IMG/VR virus record: IMGVR_UViG_3300017553_000004
Location: 1 to 48,281 of that record
Reading direction: 5' to 3' (one strand)
DNA from: a virus
Lineage: Duplodnaviria; Caudoviricetes
Length of the DNA: 48,281 bases
Within the stretch, counting starts at the first letter, position 1. Each line of letters starts with the position of its first letter. This document shows, piece by piece, positions 45,169 through 48,281 of this stretch. Both the position numbers and the translations under genes were made by a program. The notes below the pieces were generated by a model, which worked only from the letters and a program-made list of their open reading frames with translations, searched no databases and was not told where the DNA came from.

Positions 45169-45422
45169 GCTGCGGTCTCCGGGTAGACGTCATGCGGGAC
45201 GGCGCAGTCTTCCGCCAACGCGGAACCCAGGCGCACGATGCAAACCAAGACCTTCCCGTCCTTACGTGCAGTGACGCGAGCCATGCGGCCGGCATCGAGC
45301 TGCGGGACAATCCGATTCGACGGCACGTCGTAGCGGTAGCGCGGCCGGACGTATTCGTTACCGTCAAACAGTCTCTCTACGTCCGCCTCTTCGCGGACCT
45401 CGAAGTAAAAGCGATCGCCCAT
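45165..45422 (-). CDS. Hypothetical protein
   Basis: 85 aa with GGAG RBS; operator upstream. Confidence 0.65.
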   Translation of the reverse strand: MGDRFYFEVREEADVERLFDGNEYVRPRYRYDVPSNRIVPQLDAGRMARVTARKDGKVLVCIVRLGSALAEDCAVPHDVYPETAA

Positions 45423-45453
45423 GGTTGGTGCTCCCGTGCAAAAAGTTGATTCG

Positions 45454-45759
45454 TTAGGCGCAAGTCTGCTCGGCGTGCTTCAGCGCCTCATAAACCCGGT
45501 CCTCGCCACGCCGCCCGATGATGTCGAGCAGTACCAGCTTGCCGGCGTCACGATAGTCGCCACGGCAGGCGGCCAGGGTGCTTTGCGGGATGTCGGCCAT
45601 CCAGGTGCCGCTAACCCGATGGGTGATTGCAGGGCGCCCGCCGCGCAGCCGAGTGACGACAAAGCGGAATTGCACGGCGTGCAGGTAATGGGTGAACGTG
45701 GCGAGCTGCTCGGCCTCGACGAAAACGCCATCGACCGTGTAGACCTTGAACGTTTTCAT
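45454..45759 (-). CDS. Hypothetical protein
   Basis: 101 aa with GGAG RBS. Confidence 0.7.
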   Translation of the reverse strand: MKTFKVYTVDGVFVEAEQLATFTHYLHAVQFRFVVTRLRGGRPAITHRVSGTWMADIPQSTLAACRGDYRDAGKLVLLDIIGRRGEDRVYEALKHAEQTCA

Positions 45760-45765
45760 GGCGCG

Positions 45766-46266
45766 TCACTCCCCGAAGTAAAAGCAGCGGGCGTAAGCCA
45801 GCAGCGCGTCCTGATCACCGGCCAGGTTGACGCGCTCGGTCATCGGCGTGCCCCAGCCCTGATATTCCAGCCAGGCACGGGAGGGCTCGCCTTGGGACAG
45901 CTCCCCCCGAATCTGGACATGCGGCCCGCCCGTACAAAGCACGATGCGGAATTCGCTAGCGCCGATTGCCGCGCAACCATCTCTCACAGCTTCGGAAAGG
46001 TCTACCCAGTCGCTGCGCACCTCAACTGACAGGGCGTCTTCGAGAATGCGCCGCTCGGCGTCATCGCGGTCTACACAATCGCCGGCCTCCTCTTCCAAGG
46101 TCGCCAGTTGCTCGGCGCCGCCGTCGTGCCAGTCGGTCAACGTGCCGTCCGACTCGCGCAATTCGTTGAGCAGGTCGTAATCGCATTCCAGGGCGGCGAC
46201 CATCTCGCGGATGCTGCGCATTTGCGCATCCGCTTGGCGCTTGGCGTTATCGGTTACGTTGTTCAT
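45766..46266 (-). CDS. Acidic hypothetical early protein
   Basis: Start MNNVTD with GAGG RBS; LSVEVRSDW and LCTGGP motifs. Confidence 0.75.
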   Translation of the reverse strand: MNNVTDNAKRQADAQMRSIREMVAALECDYDLLNELRESDGTLTDWHDGGAEQLATLEEEAGDCVDRDDAERRILEDALSVEVRSDWVDLSEAVRDGCAAIGASEFRIVLCTGGPHVQIRGELSQGEPSRAWLEYQGWGTPMTERVNLAGDQDALLAYARCFYFGE

Positions 46267-46336
46267 TTGTTGCACCTCTGTACAAAAAGTTGATTCAGGA
46301 GGCGTGCCGATCCGGCGCCGCGCTCCGTTGACTCGC

Positions 46337-46364
46337 ATATTAAGACACCCAAACAAGGTGTCAA
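46337..46364 (-). promoter_or_regulatory. Leftward early promoter with GACACC-N7-GGTGTC operator
   Basis: TTGACA-16nt-TAATAT; palindrome at 46344-46362. Confidence 0.75.
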
Positions 46365-46535
46365 TACCCATTCATGCGGCGCCCTTCTCTACCTCCTATC
46401 GCCTATCCGCCGCCCGCTCCAGGTCGGCCACCCGGGCGCCCCGCCCTCCTCGACCACCTGCCTACCCGCATCACCGAAGCCCACACCTAGCCCAGTCAAC
46501 GGCGCCTACCGCCTCACCGCCAACCGGCCACCGCA

Positions 46536-46692
46536 TACTTCAGGATCCCCGCCGTTCCAGAATTTCCTTACTTCAGAACCCTAGCCAGACTCCCGGGCTT
46601 CCAGCCCCCGGCAGCGCCGGCTTACTTCAGGAACCTGGCCGGATTCCCGTACTTTGGAACCCCAGCCGGATCCCCGGCACTTTCAACACCCC
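46536..46692 (+). repeat. Degenerate ~27-bp tandem repeats (TACTTCAGRA.CC..GCC.GA..CCCG)
   Basis: Units start at 46536, 46569, 46596, 46623, 46650 and 46678. Confidence 0.7.
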
Positions 46693-46739
46693 ATCAAAGT
46701 GTTCTATATTCCCGGCGACCAACTACCCGGGAGAACCCG

Positions 46740-47036
46740 ATGTCCGACGAGACCAAGAAGCGCGGCCGCCCCGCGGATCCCGACAGCGTGATGAGCCAGC
46801 TGTCGAACCTGCAGGTTGGCGAAACCTACGCCAGCGCCGTGCGCCTGGATGGCGAGAACTCTCCGCCCGCCTGGTCCGCCGTCCAGGCGGAGAAGCAGCG
46901 CATCCGCAACACCTTGAACGGCCAGATCCGCGTCGCACGTCAGCGCACCAGCGCCGAGTACAAAAGCAGCATCGGCGAGTTCCGAGCTGACGATGGGGAC
47001 ATCATCATCGCTGCCGTCGTCACCCGTACGGGATGA
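46740..47036 (+). CDS. Hypothetical, probably DNA-binding protein (KKRGRP)
   Basis: 98 aa with GGAG RBS; upstream TTCAAC-17nt-TATATT promoter. Confidence 0.75.
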   Translation: MSDETKKRGRPADPDSVMSQLSNLQVGETYASAVRLDGENSPPAWSAVQAEKQRIRNTLNGQIRVARQRTSAEYKSSIGEFRADDGDIIIAAVVTRTG

Positions 47037-47060
47037 CGGTAGTAAACTTTTAGGCAAATA

Positions 47061-47100
47061 ATCAACTTTTTGTTGACTGCACTCACCTCAGTGCTATTAG
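47061..47100 (+). promoter_or_regulatory. Operator overlapping the -35 of a rightward promoter
   Basis: ATCAACTTTTTGTTGAC (47061-47077); TTGACT...TATTAG. Confidence 0.7.
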
Positions 47101-47114
47101 ATAGGAGTCGTTCC

Positions 47115-47297
47115 ATGAAGCACCCCACCGCTCCCGGTGGCTTGGAAAGCAACACGAGGGCCCTGGTCTACCAGGCTCGCCAACACACGATCGATGCGCT
47201 GCTGCAGCTTGGGATCCTCCACCAGGACGTCTCGCTTCGCCTGGAGAATCAACAGGATGTACAGGCATCAACAGGAAACGAGGAACCTACGTCATGA
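47115..47297 (+). CDS. Hypothetical protein
   Basis: ATG at 47115 with AGGAG RBS; ATGA overlap with the next gene. Confidence 0.6.
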   Translation: MKHPTAPGGLESNTRALVYQARQHTIDALLQLGILHQDVSLRLENQQDVQASTGNEEPTS

Positions 47298-47800
47298 AGA
47301 CTTCGCAATCGCTCGAACTGCTTACCACCCTGGAGAGCCGCCAGCAGGAGCAATTCACCCAGGCGACCATCCTGGCCATCGGCATCGTCATGAAGAAGCT
47401 CGGCGTCGACTCCGTGTCAGTCGGCCAGGAGGACTTCGAAGCGCTGCAGGCCGGCGAGAAGGTGCAGGTCATCCCCAACATCGGTGGCGGCTTCACCTAC
47501 AACCTGGTGAACACTCGTTCACTGGAAGAGGACATGTCGCAGGACGAGCCCGAGCAGTGGGTTGGTAGCCCGTCGGCCGCCCAGGTCCTCGTGCTCCTGG
47601 CAGACGCTACCGGCCCGCTCAGCTTCGAGGAGCTGGAGCGGCGAGTCACCCGCCCCCTGTTCAAGCCCACCCTCGACCGCATGCAGCGCGAGCACCTCAT
47701 CGACCGCCGGGACACCGAAACCGGCTACCGCTGGATGCCGACCAGCTTCGGCCTCCGCCATGTCGCTGCGGCTCGCGAGTACCTCGAACACACGGCTTAG
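47294..47800 (+). CDS. Hypothetical protein with C-terminal winged-helix-like region
   Basis: 168 aa; VLVLLADA.GPLSFEEL...L.RM....LI....YRW..T..G. Confidence 0.7.
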   Translation: MKTSQSLELLTTLESRQQEQFTQATILAIGIVMKKLGVDSVSVGQEDFEALQAGEKVQVIPNIGGGFTYNLVNTRSLEEDMSQDEPEQWVGSPSAAQVLVLLADATGPLSFEELERRVTRPLFKPTLDRMQREHLIDRRDTETGYRWMPTSFGLRHVAAAREYLEHTA

Positions 47801-47849
47801 GTGGCTGCCACGTAGTGGTGTCGTTAGGGGGCGGACCTCATCACCGCCT

Positions 47850-48051
47850 GCCGGAGCCCAAGGCACTCCGGCAACCGCGCCCACTTCAAGCCACCACGGC
47901 AGGGGCCTAGCCCCCTCAGGGTCAGCCGCCGCACTGATGCCGGAAATGCGGCCCGATGCAACACAGAACACCGGTTGCATCGGTGTGGGGGTTGGCGGCC
48001 TCGGAACCACCGAGGAACCCCAGCCCCGTCAGCCCTCACACCGATGCAACC
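47850..48051 (+). ncRNA. Structured leader RNA of unknown class
   Basis: 26-bp stem 47973-47998/48026-48051 with three G-U pairs, plus several smaller hairpins. Confidence 0.55.
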
Positions 48052-48071
48052 AACCGATGGGAGATACCGAT

Positions 48072-48281
48072 GTGAACGAGAAAACCTACAACGCAACCGA
48101 ACTCGCCGAGATTCTCGAAAAGCACCGCTTGTGGCTGGACGATGAGGAAGGCGGCGAGTGCGCGTACCTCCGCGGCGCGTACCTCCGCGGCGCGAACCTC
48201 CGCGGCGCGAACCTCCGCGGCGCGAACCTCGACGGCGCGAACCTCGACGGCGCGAACCTCCGCGGCGCGAACCTCGACGGC
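48072..48281 (+). CDS. Pentapeptide-repeat protein, 3'-truncated
   Basis: GTG start with GGAG RBS; LAEILEKHRLWL followed by eight A(Y/N)L(R/D)G units (15-bp repeat, 48162-48281). Confidence 0.92.
   Translation, partial: MNEKTYNATELAEILEKHRLWLDDEEGGECAYLRGAYLRGANLRGANLRGANLDGANLDGANLRGANLDG

Noticed and set aside
46536-46692. CRISPR array
   Set aside because: Repeats are degenerate and adjacent with no unique spacers; the DUF2800-like nuclease is a phage replication gene, not part of a cas operon
47928-47952. Hammerhead ribozyme (CTGATG...GAAA)
   Set aside because: Lacks CUGANGA and a stem II; only a simple hairpin

Overview
The window is most of a chi-like (Casjensviridae-type) siphophage genome, probably an integrated prophage in a GC-rich gammaproteobacterium (Pseudomonas-like; the host cannot be proven from the sequence). 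From left to right it holds: a truncated, probably host-encoded lipoprotein-like gene (1-444); on the minus strand a lysis cassette, fibre and tail genes, lambda-type head genes, terL and terS, an inserted two-gene regulator cassette, SNF2 helicase, VRR-NUC nuclease, a C5 DNA methyltransferase, family A DNA polymerase, a DUF2815-like SSB and a DUF2800-like nuclease; a divergent small regulator and primase-helicase; a non-coding ori/cos region (candidate 12-nt cos at 40166-40177); and an arm of small early/accessory genes ending in a truncated pentapeptide-repeat gene. The most interesting content is regulatory. About 14 copies of an ATCAAC-N5-GTTGAT operator are spread genome-wide. The repressor candidate lacks an S24 self-cleavage domain. 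A complete C4-type antisense RNA/antirepressor module is present. Two paralogous ~50-aa proteins occur, one behind a LexA box and one in the C4-gated operon, suggesting a dual-input antirepression switch. Product names come from recalled family motifs and synteny, not from database searches.
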